Made by a program: the position numbers and the translations under genes. 64,000 nt of DNA from positions 31,870,001 through 31,934,000 of the forward strand of contig NC_087437.1 of assembly GCF_036321535.1 (NCBI RefSeq), written 5' to 3'. The DNA comes from Camelus dromedarius. Its lineage: Eukaryota. The notes under the pieces were generated by a model that saw only the letters and a list, made by a program, of their open reading frames with translations, did no database searches and was not told the DNA's origin. Shown here piece by piece: positions 1 through 14,649 of the stretch; position 1 is the stretch's first letter; every line of letters begins with the position of its first letter.

Positions 1-492
1 AGTGCATGTCCTGCAGGCTACACAACACCTTGCAGCATCTGACAGCATCCTGTAATCAGACGTCCTAATGTTTCTGTAGCCAGATGTACATGTTGCATAA
101 ATCAAGGAGCCTCATGCCAATTCAAGACATTTTTCTTTATCAAATGAATTTATTTCAGGTCAGGTTTTATTGCCAGACATGTTACAAATATAATTTTTGG
201 CCTTTGGAGCTTTTAAGGTTTTGAAATGGTGGACCTGTATTATCCCTGTTTCTTCAGGTGAAGAAACTGAGGCACAGGTTGGTGAAACAACGTACCCACA
301 GTCATTCACTCCCGAGAGGAGGGGCGGGGCTCCCACCCCAGGCAGCCTGGCTCCAGAGTCCACACTCTCCACACTCACCTGCCTGTGCCCCTGGGCACCA
401 CCCACCTCCGGGGCCTGACCCATCTGTAGAAGATGGATCGTGCCAAGCTTGCAGCCTTGTTGTGAGGACCAGATACAGTGTAGGTTAAGTTC

Positions 493-922
493 TGTTACGG
501 GTTGAATTGTGTCCCCCTAAAATTCGTATGTTGAGATAACTCCACTGCTTCAGAATATGACCTATTAGGGTCTTTGCAGATACAGTTAGTTAATTGAAGA
601 TGAGGTCATTAGGGTGGACCCTAATGCAGTCTGACTGGGGTCCTTATTTAAAAAAAGAGGACACAGACAGACATGTACTCAGGGAGAATGCCATGCGAAC
701 GTGAAGGCGGAGGGCAGGGCGATGCTTCCACAAGCTAGGGAGGCCCGGGATGTCAGCAGGGCACCGGAAGCTGGAAGCGCACAGCGTGGAGCTGCTTCTC
801 TTGCTCAGCCCTCAGCAGGAACCAGCTCTGCCGGCACCTTGGTCTCAAACTTCCAGCCCCCAGACCCCCCCCCCCCGGTCATTTGTGCTGCCTTGTTTCA
901 GCCGCCCCAGGGAACTGGTATA
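493..922 (+). mobile_element. MaLR solo LTR (MLT1-like)
   Basis: Starts TGTTACGGGTTGAATTGTGTCCCC; contains AAGATGAGGTCATTAGGGTGGACCCTAAT. Confidence 0.85.
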
Positions 923-3900
923 TGTTCTTTACACAGGCACTGGGTCCTGAGTAGGGGACCAACAAGTGGTAGGTAACCAGGCTTATTATCTTTATGACGG
1001 AGTCTTCAGATTCTTCATAGAGAAATAAAATCGGTGAATTAGATGATCTCTAAGGCCTCTTCCACTTCCCAGGTCTAATTTTCCATGATTATAACATGAG
1101 GATAATTCAACCCCATTTGTCACTTGCATCAGTGGTCGGGCTCTTGGAGCATTTCTCTGATGTTTTAAAGATGGGCTAATGTAGAAGTGGTCTTAATAAG
1201 CAAAACAACAAAGCAAGAACTTCTTTTCCTGTGTTACGGGTTATGTCCCTGTACACTAAAACCGAAACCATGTGGGCCCTAATTTGCCTTCTGATGTTCC
1301 TGCTTGTACCGTGAACTCGCTCAGTCGTGGGTTTTTCTGAATCCCTTTCACTGTGTCTTCAGGTCTACCCAGTGTAACCCACAGTAAGTGCTGGGCTACA
1401 GATTATGCAGAGGTTAAACACTGAACACTTTTCCTCAGGCTTCAGTGACAAACCCCACATTGTCAAGCCACATTGGATCTTTAAGCCTTTGCCTCTAAGA
1501 TTCTACACATCAGGTCAGAAAATGGTTTGCTGCAGGTGGAGTGTGGCCCCCAAATCCCCATCTGTGGAAACAGGACTTTAATGGCTGTGCATGTTCAAAG
1601 GAAGGACTTCAGGTTTCCTTCCAACTTCCCTTTGCATCTCTTCTCAAGGCTGCCTCTCCGGGTCCCTGTCAGCCCCTCAGCCTGGGTCTGACCGGCTACT
1701 CCCCACTGGTTTCCAGGAAGCACTTCCTCACCAAGCCAGGGGCCTCTCTCATCCCAGAGCCACAGGTGGCTTTAACATCTGCTTAAGGCTGTTCATCTTT
1801 GCTCCCTGTTCCTGGTTTTCCTCCCAGGAATCTGAGGAGAAGTGTGCCTTTTCCGAGCACAGGTGCAGCCTGGTGGAATTCTGTTGGGTTACAAAAATGG
1901 TTGCAGGGTGGGAGGTTTTACTTGGGAGGATCTCATGGTTGGTGATTCCATCCAATACCAACATGGGAGATTTAATTAAGCAAGCGCAAGTGCCTAATAG
2001 ACAGAGCTGCTCAGGGACAGAGGCCGCATCTTTCGTTTTTCAGTCCTCAGTGCCTAGCCCAGAGCTTGGCACATGCTAGATGCTCAGTATTGTTTGTTGG
2101 ATGAATGCATCTTTGTTTTCTGTCTTCAGAAAGGTTTTGACATGTGCTTAGTCCAAGAATCAAGACCACAAATAAGGTTGGAGAATGCTTCTGCTTTGTA
2201 ATAGCTCTCATGGGTCATGTCCAAGGGAAAGGTCCCGAGGCCAGGAGGCAGAGGTCCAGGTCTGGCTCAGCAGTTGCCCAAGAAACCCTGGGATCTTCAG
2301 CCTCCCTGGGCCTCAGCACCCTCCACTGCAGCACGGAGGTCATCCTGTCTTCTCTGCCTGCCTCCCTGGATGGTTATCAGAACATGACATGAGAATGGAT
2401 GTGAAAGTTCTCTGAAGATTTCAAAGACCACACTGAAGATACTATTTTTATTGTTACAGATATTTGTAGAGTTGAGCTGCTCATAATTATTTTTGACCTC
2501 AATCTCTTTTCTTTTATATGTTCAAGCTCTGGGACCAAAGCTATTTTCCTCCTTCCCCAGCTGAAGGCCTGCCCAATCATCTGTTTGGTCAGTAGACATT
2601 TCTCCATCACAGGTGGTGAGGGACAAGTTAAGCCGCAGAAGATTGGCCAACAAATGGTTGCCAAAGCCACTGAGAACAGAAAGTCTTCTCCCCAGAGGAC
2701 CGTTTAGGAGAGGCCCAGGGAGGACTTGTGGGGAGCAGCCAGACAGGGGCCAGCAGAGCCCAGTAGGACCACCACCCCCCCCGCCACCTGACTCCCAGGA
2801 GCGCCCTCCACTTACGCCTCTCGAGGGATCAATGGATGAAGCCTTGGTAAGTGGTACTTTGCCTCCTCGTCTCCTGTTGCTAAGGTAACTGAGTGAGCAT
2901 AGGACAGAAACAAACCACGTGATCTTGCCACCTCCACCCGCGTGGCCAGACAGCACCCTTTGGCCAGAGAGTCACAGTCAGGCCAATCGATCAGGCTGAG
3001 CCTGTGTTTTGGGGTCAGGGACACCTGAGGTGAAACACCTGAGCTGGGTGGCTGCTGCTGTTCTCTGAACACTATTTCCAGGTGGACAAGATGTTGAAGC
3101 CAAGGTGGGGTTGAGGGCAGAAGATGAGGGGTTGAAATGACTTGAGTGTGGGGCCACCACATCAGTATGTAGCATGGCTGAAATTGTCCAAGGCCTGGGT
3201 TCCAGCCGCCTGTCCTTGGTTCAGTCAGGGAATCTGTAGAGCGAGGGCAGGGGGCACAGCCTCTAACCCTCACCTCTAACACCTGTGCCTCTAGCTTTCC
3301 TGCTTGCCCCCAAGATGGGCCCTTCCAAGCTTTCAGGCAGGGCCCTTCTTAAGGATACCATGAGGATGAGGGCAAGGTCATCTAGGAATGAGGCAGCTCC
3401 TTGAGGACCACAGAGAGGGAGCTAGTCAGGAGGGAGGAGAGGAGGGCTAGGCAGACCACCCCACAGGTGCCCACTGCAAGGTCTCCCTCCAACTGAAGTC
3501 CCAACTCAACAATGACCTTTTCCAGAAGCCTCTTCAAATCCTTTGGGGCTGGAAATGACACTTTCCTCCTCTCTGCCTGTCCAGTGTTTTTATCTGCACC
3601 TCCCCGTGCACTCAGCACCTGTTCACAGTGTAGTCAGCTTTTGAATAACTTTTATTACACAAATACTGATATATGCTCATTGAAAGAAAAATGAGAAACA
3701 CAGACACCCACAAAGAAGAGCATAAAAATTTCTCAGTCTGCACCCTGGAGATAATCATACTGCTGGCGTTTGAGGGTGTTAGCACTCTTAGGTTCATGTC
3801 TTTTTTCTCTGTATGCATTCAGCTCTTTGAAAGCGAAGTGCAAATCCTCCCTCTGTGTACACCTTTTCTGTACCCCCACAGCCACCACGGTGCTCCCTTC

Positions 3901-6900
3901 TACAGGGACTCAGTTCGTTCATTTAAGTAAGTGGGGGAATAAACAAATGGATAAGTAGGTAGAAAGCAGGAGAAAAAGTTCTACCCAGAAGTAGCCCCAG
4001 TGGAGGAACGGAGAAGAGAAGGCGTCCACCCTCAGTGGGCACCTGCAGCCCCTCCCCCGCCCTCTCTGCTCCCGTCAGAGCAGAATCGATGCCGGGAAGT
4101 GAGCAGTGCACAGAGAACGGGCCGAATCTGGACCGTCATTACCAGTAAGATAAAGATGAAGCCCAGTCCCTGTCGTGTGACTTGGAAACGTTGGGCACGT
4201 TTAAGGGAACAGAGGACTCATGGAAACAGCCAAGTCAAGGTTGCCACACGTGGGCAGTATTTTAGGCTCAGTAAGCAATCTGGCAAAGCCGCTCGTAAAT
4301 GGGTTCCAAGAAATCTGATTTCAGCAGCGCCGTGAACTTGGGAGTATGTCCCCAGGACTTGCCTCTCACTGGGTTGAAGATTATTATTGATTTATCTGGA
4401 GCAGAAACAGCAGGATTCCACATTACGTCTTAGAAGGAGGCTGGGGAAAGGGCAGAGAACTAACAGATCTTTATTATTAATTCCAATACCGCAACTCCCC
4501 GTGGGTCCTGAAGCAAATTGCAGGCTCTCTCTTAACAGGAGTTTTTCCATGTTTAAGTGGAGCTAATGTTTTGTTTTGTTTTAGATGAGGCTTGCCCTCA
4601 TTCTTAACTTTAAAGACAACCTCAAAATCACAAATACTCATTAATTACACGTAAGTCCAGAACATGCTAGGTGCTACAGGAGATGCAAAAAAAAGTGGGA
4701 CAATCCCTAAATTTCGTTTACTCAAGCATCAAACATTTGTGCAGTGTTGGATTTTATAACACATTGCAGTTCTGAGCCTGTTTTGAAAGTGAAGAGACGA
4801 GCCTTGGGGAGGTTATACAACTTGCCCACATTGCCCACAGCCACACAGGTTCTGAGACTTGGGATTAGAATAAAGGGAAAGAATCTGATGGTGTATTATT
4901 TTTATTACCATTTTAGTGCCATTTAGGTAGCCTTAGAAGTATTCGGCCAGCATTGTGTGAGCCTCCCTCTCTAACCCAGAACAAGCCACAGTTCACGGCA
5001 GGGGAGCGGGGAAGAGGTTTGCCCTTCTCGGCTCTCCCACTGGTATGTATGTGCAAAACCAGATGTCGCCCGGGCCCTGCTTGTACTTACCGTGGGCTGC
5101 TGCTTCCTGCCCTCCACGTGATGCCAGAGATGGCCCTGGTGCAGGGGCCCATCATGGGCCCATAACCCATAGCAACGAGTGGGAGGAGAGGAAGTCTGAT
5201 CCCCTGGCGGTATTTTGCTCCCAACTTTAGTGTTTTCCCCCTCAGCCTCAGAGCAGCATTCGGGTGCTGAGGGAAAGGAGCCTGAACTCGGGAGTCCTTC
5301 AGACTAGGGTTCAAACCTCAGCCCAACCTCTTGCAAGTTGTGTGAGCTCGGGCAAGACTTTCAGCCTCTCTGTGGCTTCCTTTTCTCCCCCACTAAATGG
5401 AGGCAGAGAGGTTCAACTGGGTAACATCAGCACACTGTTCCTCAGTTGACAGTAGCCATTTAGTATCATCCAAACTAAGTTCCACCCGGAAAGTGGAGTT
5501 GTGATTTTTTTAAAGGCATGAGCTAACAAGTATTTATTAAAGATCTATTTTTTTAAGCAGGAAGATTAAGAGACACCCTGCCCACCCTCTCCAGGAGTGA
5601 GGAACCCAGGCAGGGAGTACATAAAGCCCAGAGCAGTGTGTAGCAATCCAACAGCTCAAGCATCCGAGATACAGGAAGCGAGAGATAAAATACTGCCAAG
5701 TGTCTGCAGCTTTGGAGATAAAAGCCTTGAGTGTGCGCAGATGGAGGCCCCTAGGAGATCCCTACGACCACATTACAGCTTCCCCCTCACAGGCTTCCTT
5801 TCCATCCCCTGTTCCTTCCTGCCTGTTCCTCGGAGTTTACTTTTTGGCTCATGCAGGTATTCTCCTTCCCAAGACCCACCGAGGACCCGGCGCACCCTCA
5901 GGTTATCTGCCCCAGGCCTGGCGGACTCCTCGCCCGGCTCTGACCTCACCTTGGCGTCAGTCTTATCAGGTGTGGACAGAATTGTCTCCCTGCTCCGGGA
6001 GCTCCCAGCCCAGGATTCTCCCCACATCCGGGCGGAGGAGGGCCAGCCACCTCTGGGACTGAACTGGCGGGCGCCACCTGCCAAATCAGCAGCCACGACA
6101 GGGGTCTGCGAGCAAAGCCATGAGGCAGAGAGTCGGGAGGAAGGGGGAGGTTTACGTAAGTGTTGACAAGGAACAGGGCAGATGCCGAGCTCGGCCAAGC
6201 AGAAGAGAGGGCGGATGGCGGAGGGTGTGGGAGAAAGACAGCAACTCCCAGCTCTGGGCCTCGGGGGCCACACTCAGAGGGCAGCAGGTCATGGTGGGGT
6301 TTCAGTCTCTTCTGGGAACTTGTTTCCTCCCAGGAAGCAGGGAGATCCAGCCCCAGCCTTTTAAGAAGTGGGTCTTGGGATGATGGAAATGGGAAGAGGG
6401 GAGCCAGCTGAAAACCAGGCAGGTGGGCGTGGACTTGGCCCCTGGGTCCCTAGCACGGGTGCCAGTGCTCGGTGTCTATCCTCCTCCAGAGTCAGAGGGG
6501 ACACTTCATAGCCAGTCTGCTCTGCTTTGTTTAGGTCTGCGGCTAGAGTATTCCTTGGGGTTCATGGCCTGGGGGGTTAGGTGGGGGCGGGGTGTTTAAT
6601 TAGAATTCACTCCACATGGGCCCCTTTGTCCTGCTGCTCTAGACTCTTGTCTGTTTGCCCCAGGACTCTTGCCTTTATTGGCCTCGTTAGTGTCTCTCAG
6701 TAAATCATTTCAACTGTCTCGAGAATCAAGCACAGTTGTGCAGTTCCCAGAAGCTTCTCCCATCCGTGTTTTCACATTCTAGTGCTTGGAAGGGAGGCAG
6801 GGGGTCAGACCACCCCTCACTGTGCTGTCCCGGGTGGTAGAGGGCCAGATGAGCTGGGCAGACTCCAGAGGGCTCGTTCCTGGGCCTGGCAGCTTCGCCC

Positions 6901-8309
6901 TTGTCAACAGAGGAGACAGGAGGGGACATGGTGGGGATGTGTCGTGGGACAGCCATGGCCCAGGACAAAGGGTGAACTGACGAACAGAAAGCTTTTCCCT
7001 TCCCTCCAGCTTATGTCCCACTGCACGTGTATCCTGTGAGCTGCAGCTAGGATTTGTCCTGCAGAAATATGTGCAGAGGATGGAGTCCTAGGCGGTTGTG
7101 TTCGTTGCGGCATAGCTGGAAAGAGAAGACTGGAAACGGTCTAGATGCCATCAACCAAGGCCTAATTTTTAAAATGTTTGGTGTGTGCATACAACTGTGT
7201 GCTGCACAGCCCCTCGTGCACTGGTGGGAAATGATCTCCAAAAGACAGTTACGTCCAACAAATATGATCAGGTTAGGAACTGTGTGTTATCGTTTGTTAA
7301 AAAGGAGGGGGGGGCAGGGGGAAGGGAGAATATTTACATGCTTGTTTGTGCAGACTGTTGGAAGGCTGCACAAGCTGGTAATATTGTAGCCCCCCGGGGA
7401 GGAGTGTACCCAGGCGGGTGTAGGAGCTGGGAAGGTAGCAATTGACTTCTGCTGTACAGCAGCCCAGCCCAAACTTAGTAGCCAAAAAGCACCGCCATTT
7501 CACCCATTTCTGTGGGATGAATGTGTGTGTGTGTGTGCACGCGCGCCGGGGTAGGTCCAGGGTGGCCCAGCCCGGAGCAGCTCTAAGAGCGCCAAGCGCC
7601 CCAGGCCTCCCTGCGCTGTGGGCAGACAGGGCAGTCCTTGACCATCTCATCACAGGGAGCCCAGAGCTGACCCTGAAACTCTCTCCTCTGGTCCAAATGT
7701 CTGTCCTCTGAGGCCACGCTCACTGCCTGTTGTGTGTGTGTTGTGAACGCCCACGAGTGTCTGTGGACGCTGCTTCTGCAACCAGCAGGGTCCCCCACCC
7801 CAACTCCAGGCCATGCTGGGTGTCCCTTCCCCTCTTCATGCCCTCCACCCATCTTCAGTGCTGAATCCCCACATTGTTTAAAATTGTCCCTCATTAATTA
7901 GAGACTGAGTATCAAAGTATTATTATCGTTATTTTTTTTACAAACTAGAGATGTACACCTTTATGTCACAACTGTCATAATTCACTTTCTAATGAGACAC
8001 ATATTGGAGACATAGTTTGAAATACTGGGAAAGCTAGATGCTAAGTGTCTTCCAGGCAGAAGCAAAGATGTGGTCACTCTAGGCTGACTGTTAGATTTTT
8101 AACAGGTGTGGGAATGATGTTGTGGTTTTACTTTGTTTATCTTTTTATTGAAGCATAATACATACACTGAAACAAATCATATGTGTACCCCTGATGAATT
8201 TTTTTAAAGGGAAAACACCTATATTGCCAGCCTGCAGATCACTGTATTGCCAGAAACAGCCACTGCAAACATTATAGGGTGTCCTTTAAAAGGGAACCAC
8301 TGTGGTTTT

Positions 8310-8765
8310 GTTTGTTTGCTTGTTTGTTGTAACATAGTTGATTTGCAATGCTATGTTAGTTTCTGGTGTACAGCATAGTGATTCAGTTAAACATATGTAT
8401 AAATATATTCTTTTTTATATTCTTTTTCATCATAGGTTATTATAAGGTATTGAAGATAGTTCCTTGTGCTATAGAGTAGGTCCTTATTGTTTCTCTGTTG
8501 TATATACAGCAGTTTGAATCTGCTAACCCCAAACTCCTAATTTATCCCTCCCCACCCCTTCCTCTTTGGTAACCACAAGTTTGTTTTCTATGTCTGTGAG
8601 CCTGTTTCTGTTTTGTAAATAAGTTCATTTGTGTTGTTTTTGTTAGATTCCACACATAAGTGATATCATATGATATTTGTCTTTCTCTGTCTGACTGACT
8701 TCACTATGATAATCTCTACATCCCTCCATGTTGCTGCAGATGGCATTATTTCATTCTTTATTGCA
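8310..8765 (-). mobile_element. LINE-1 3' end fragment
   Basis: TAGATTCCACACATAAGTGATATCATATGATATTTGTCTTTCTCTGTCTGACT; ORF 8666..8887 contains the decayed L1 ORF2 end (NEIMPSAATWRD). Confidence 0.88.
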
Positions 8766-11700
8766 AGAACCATTGTTTTTGAGTAATACATTCTTAAAAT
8801 ATCTACAGATGAAATGATATGATGTCTTTGGTTTGCCTCAAAATAATCTGGGGTTGAGGGAAGGTACAGATTAAAAAGGTTAATCATTATTGAAGCTGAG
8901 GAATGTTTACATAATGGTTCTCTCTCCTTCTCTCTCTTTCATTTAAAATTTCCATGATAAAAATTTTAAAACAATCAATAGTAACCCCTGGCTTCACTTC
9001 AACCCAGTGACTTTGAGGCATGAGGTAAAACTGAGCAGGTGGGGTGGGAAGTGTCTCTGGTATATAACTTGGTAATCAGGAATCTGAGAGTCTAATGGAT
9101 TAAATACGTAAATCATGGGTTGGGGGGGGTTGGTGAGTTTTCACATGCCTGTGTCCTCTGTGTAACTCAGAGATCTCTTACAAGTGCTGGGCTTTATTCA
9201 TTTCTGTTTCCCTGACCCTTAGTGCAGAGCCTGGCATACAGTAGGTGCTCATAAATGTTTGTTAAGCAAAAGGATGCTTGAATTCATAACTTACAGAAGG
9301 CCTAACACAGCCCCAAGATGGCACTGGCCCCAACTAGCTGCTTTGTAACTTGATTCGAAACTAATACCACCAACTTCTTTTTTGTAGCTGCTTCCAAATA
9401 ATAAACTGCTCAAATCCTAAAATATTAGAACTGAGAGGGACTTAGAAGCCATTGTGTACAAAATTCCCATGTTATAGATGAGGAAACCAAGGCACAGAGC
9501 AGAAAGCGACGTGTTCAAGGTCACACAGCTGGTGGGGACAGAGCCTGAAGTGGACCTCGGGCTCCTGGAGCCCCGGCTGGCCTCTTTTTGTTCCCTGATC
9601 CAGCTCCACAGCTGTGAATTCAACACACACCCACAATTCTATTTTCACAGGTAAGAAAGAGAACTTCAAAGAAGTGTGTTTAATTTTCTCATGGTCTTGG
9701 GTCATTGTGACTCTATAGCTCTTTTCAGAGCAGTGCTCTCCACGGGCTTTGTCTCTTACTTCAAGAAAACTTAAAATTCAAAAAACCTTGATTTTCAAAA
9801 CAAACAGAGGGGTGATCATTCTCATTAGAAAGGGCTTTGGTGCACATTATTTTTAAAGAGGTGAACTCTCTCAAGTGTCTTTGAAAAATGAGTCAGTTTT
9901 TAACAATTCCATCTGCATCCAGCTTGTTAGGAGTGAAGCAGCGGAATAAAATCAGGCACAGCCCAAGCCACGGCCTCACAGTCCTGTCATGTCAAGTGTC
10001 ACAAGGGCGCTTTCAGCATTCCCAAGCCAAAAAATAAGCATATCAATCAAAGATAACACACCAAGAGTGGAAATAAATGGAAAAAAAAGGAAAAGGAAAA
10101 AATCTCAAGCACTTTGTAACATATCTTTTTTAAAATATATGTTGACTTAAAGAAATTTTTAAATTAAAATATTAGGATAATCATGCCTTATAGGTTAATT
10201 TTGTTGGCACTAAAAACAGCATAACTCTAGTGGTCTTTTGTGTCATTCATGTTCTGGGTTTTTCCATGAGAAAGTATTCTGCAGCTTTACCCAGTGCCTT
10301 TTTCAACAATCTTGTGACACTTCCATCCCCTTACCTAACAGGGGTGGCCAGATTTCTTTGCTGTTAAGAGGATTATGGAGACGTTCTCCTTTATATAACC
10401 CAGAAGACTGGTAATAACAGGAAAGAGCAAACAAGAGATGTCAAGGGGAGAGGTTACAGGCAAGGGCTGCTCTTCAAAGACGCTCTCTAAGCAAGGAGAG
10501 GTCAAAGAATGTTTGAATGGACACTGATAAAGCAGGGGCTTGGGAAGCCGTGTATCGGGCGTCTGTTTCCTAGGCAAGCAGAGGGCTTAGCTTACATCCT
10601 CCATTAAGGGTTAAGCTCTAAGCCCAAGAACTTTGGGTGAGTCAGGGCCAGAGCCCAGAGAAAAAAGGAGACACCTTATCTCTAATCAGCCCTGCCTCAA
10701 AATAGCTCTCTCTTCCCTGGGGCAGAGACCCGTCATGCCTACACAGCACAGCACAGCACAGCAGCATGGAGGGGCCCCAGCCCCACTTAGTCAGAAAGTC
10801 AATGAGTCCGCTTTATTCATCTCTTGCACAAGTTAGAGCTCTCTGGGTGAAGCAGTGCATAATTTAGCAACCTTCAGGATGGTTTGCATAAAAGCAGGAT
10901 ATTCCAGTCAGGAAGGACCATACAGTTTTACCTGGATCAAACAGTCATTTTACAGATGGATAAACTGAGACCCAGGGAGATGAAAAGAGTTGCCCAAGAA
11001 CACACAGGGAGTGTGTGGCTGGGCTAAAGGCTGAAACTCGGAACTAGAGCAGACATTCTCTTTCTCTTGGCAACGCCACTGTACTCATCTGAAAAGTGAA
11101 TGAAACACTCATGCCCCTGGTCAATTTCCCTTCCGTTGTTAAGGAAATCACTTCCAATGCGCCAAGAGCTTCCGAAGCAACACGCTCACAGGCAGCTCTT
11201 GTTAAACTTTCATTTTGAGTCCCTCAAACTTCCTCTTCTATCTTCATAATCCAGACAGTTTTAGTTTTGAGGTTCTGTATATGGGCTGCAACGATTGTTC
11301 CCCCCCACCCTCAGCTGCTGGAAGAGATAGTTACAAATGGGTAATTGAAGGACTGGGGGGTTGCTTAGAATGCCGTCAGACAAAAATGCCCACCAGTCTC
11401 TCAGAGGCTCACCCCTGCCAAGGGTTGTGACTCACAGCTCGGGACTTGCCCTCCTGGGGGCCATCTGTGAGATGGCACGGCTCAGACATTCCTGCTGCCG
11501 CACTTCCTACATGGCCATTTGCACACTGTGCCCCTTTGTGTACCTTCTACACAGTATGGGCTCTGTTGAGAGCTGTAGGAGGCACACAAGGTCTAAAGAG
11601 GAATGGGGCCAAGCCGGGGCTTGCAAAGGCTGCTGGAAACTGGACAAAATAATGGGATGTAGAACACGGACCAAAGGCTGGAGTGTGCGGTTAGGGAATG

Positions 11701-13018
11701 CCTGGCTGCATCCAGCTTTATACGGTTTTGTTTCAGGTTATTACCATCCCAGACTTTGTGTCGGAGACTAAAGAGAAATAAAGCGCTCAGAGGCAGAAAG
11801 TGAATTTCAGCCCCCTTCCATTTCTCCGTGATTGTCATGTCTTAGATGTTCCCGGTTATTTCTTGCGAGAGATACTTGGCTGGACTAAATCACAGCTCTT
11901 AGGTGGAAATCGGTCCCTAGTTGTTTCTCATATGTTGGATTTTTCTCTTCTAGCTAGACTCCAAGCTACTCCCCGTAAGGCCCAGGGCTTTGTCATTCCC
12001 AGAAGACCTCCTACCGTAGTGCTGGGCACACAGCAGGTGCTTAACGCATACTGAATAACTGTGTCCTACTGGGTCAGCATCACAGCTCTAGACTGACTTT
12101 GTGCTAAAACTAGATCATGTGGTGAAGGCCCTCATTTTACTCATGAGGCAGCACAGGGCAAAGAAAAATGATCACCCAAGGTTTGAACACAGTGAATAGC
12201 AGAGCCAGACCTCAATCTCAGGTCTTTTGAAACTAAACCCAGCCCTGTCTTTCTGTCTATCATCTATCATAGGATGGAGACAGAAAATATTATGCTAAAG
12301 ACCTTTAAGCTAAAGTCAGTGAAAAGGGAAATAGTTATTAGTCAGCTCATTGCTTGAGGGGTCTTACAATTTTCATGTCAGTTTTTTGAAGGACATTTTA
12401 ACTGATATATCTTTAGCTTATTATATACATTTCTGTATGAGTTACATAAACATTCTCATACATTTATGTAATTATAAACGTATATTTTTTTCTATCAGGA
12501 GTTCTGTCATAATCAATTGTTTAATCAGAATAAAAATGTTTCCTTTTTAGCTGAAGATCTAAAAATGGGATGCAAATCAATGCCAAGTGAGATAAATCTC
12601 TTAGAGGTAAGGCCTTATTGTTCTAATACCAACTCAACATGGATTTTGAACTTCTCAGTAACATGCATATTCATGTTTAAAGATTATTCTATCAAGGGAA
12701 CACCAACAAGCATTCACTGGGTGCTTACTGGTTGCACTGCATAGTTCTGACTGGTCTAGTTTTGCCATTGGCTAACTAGCTATGAGGCCTTAGGTACATA
12801 CTAAAGAACCCAACATTTGTGAATGCCAACTGTGAGCCAGGAACCCTGAAATACAGTTTATATATGGTATTTCATTTAATCCTCATGACAGTCTTATGAC
12901 TTACAAATGAGGATTCCAAGGAGGAGAAAGATCCCTAATCTACTCAAAATCATACAGCTAATAAATGGCAAAGCTGGGATCTGACCCAAATACTAATGAC
13001 TCTGAAGCCCATACTTTT

Positions 13019-13152
13019 GGGGGGAGGGTGTAGCTCATGGTGGAGCACATGCTCAGCATGCATGAGGTCCTGGGTTCTATCCCCAGCACTGCCATTGATG
13101 ATAATAACAATAATAAGATGAAAAATGTGCATTTCCCCACATTAAAAAAAAA
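13019..13152 (+). mobile_element. tRNA-derived SINE (camelid vic-1-like)
   Basis: Head GGGGAGGGTGTAGCTCA...GGTCCTGGGTTCTATCCCCAGCA with A/B boxes; A-rich tail; flanking CCCATA(C/T)TTTT duplication. Confidence 0.85.
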
Positions 13153-14029
13153 CCCATATTTTTCCTGCAATACCAGGGCTTCTCAGTCCTAGGTCATATT
13201 ACTGTCACCTAAGGAACTGGTATATAGTATAGATGCCTGGGTCCCACCTCAGACCAATGACATCAGAATATCTGGGGATGGAACCTAGATTTTTAAAAAT
13301 CTTCCTACGTGATTATAATATGCACCTAAGGTTAAGAACCTCAGTACTAGATGTGCTGACCTTTTCTTCAACTAAAAGGAGAAGTTAAGGTGAACACTTG
13401 TAAGCTCCTTTCTACTTCTGTAGTCACAGAACTGTGACGCCAGTTGTGTGGGGTCTGTTGCTCCAATTTGCACTTGGAGTGAGCAGTCGTCACCCCCCAC
13501 CAGATACACTCCCAACTTTCTACTTAAGTGTAGGCTGTGAGTAAAATTGGTTAAAATCCAGGGCTAAGACTTCAAGCATACAATTGTTTCGTGTATTTTT
13601 GACATTTTATTTAGGTATATGTGTATGTATTTATTTATTTATAGTATCAGAACAAGGCCCTAAAGCCCTAAAAGGATTCCCCCTGCCACTCATCTCTCTT
13701 TCCATCTTCTCAGTATCAGTCACAGTTATTTTTGAAATCCCCACGGCTCCAAACTGTTTTAGTGCTACTCTGGTACCTCATCACATCAAAACGCCTTTGG
13801 AAAATGTTCATTACTTTTGACCCAGAATTCCTCTTCTAGTGAGCTATTCTAAGGAGGGCAACAGAGAGCAGAAAAATCTTTATGAAGAAAAAATGCTCAT
13901 TTCAGTATTATGTTTTATAGTGGAAAACTGGAAACCACTCCTATGCCTAACAGCAGGGGAGTGAGTTAGTAAATATGCCATGGCCTCCTCAGTGGTGAAA
14001 TGGCCAGCACAAATGACAACAGACATATA

Positions 14030-14169
14030 TTTTATTAAATTTTATTTACTTTCGGGGGAGGTAATTAGGTTTACTTATTTATTTTTTTAGAGGAGATTCA
14101 ATCTAAGAATTGAAACCAGGACCTCTTGCATGCTAAGCATGTGCTCTACCACTTGAGCTATACTCCCCT
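14030..14169 (-). mobile_element. tRNA-derived SINE (vic-1-like)
   Basis: Same family as the copies at 17151 and 35858 (GTAATTAGGTTTA...GCATGCTAAGCAT...CTCTACCAC). Confidence 0.82.
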
Positions 14170-14649
14170 TACAGACTTCTAATGAGGTAGAAAAATATTA
14201 ACACTTACGATGCTGAATGAAAAATGCAGGGCACCAAATTACATGCAGTTAATCTATGAGTCAAATTACATGTAGATGAGTCATCTCAACTATGTACTTA
14301 TTTTTATAGAAAAAAAGAAAAAAGAAGAAAAATACTCTCAGGCAAAGGCTAAAATACCTAAAATCGTTTTCACCATCAATCCAATCCTAAATGTCTGAAG
14401 AGGAGAATATAAAAGTGGTTCTCCCTGTCCAGAGAAGTTTCATGCCTGGTCCTTGGCCCCTAGGCCCGTGTACACAGAGGACTTGGAAACAGGGGAGAAG
14501 AAATATGAAATCCCAGGCCAAGTGAGTCTTCTAGGTGTGGGAAGAGAAGATGCATTTAAAATTAGAGTCAATATAAGGGAAAACCCCTGGCCTTTAATCT
14601 AGGACGCCGTAGGGAAGGTCACGGGGCTCACAGGTGAGCTGACTTACTG

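Noticed and set aside
13019..13095. tRNA gene
   Set aside because: tRNA-like head belongs to a SINE with A-rich tail and TSD; the cloverleaf is degenerate
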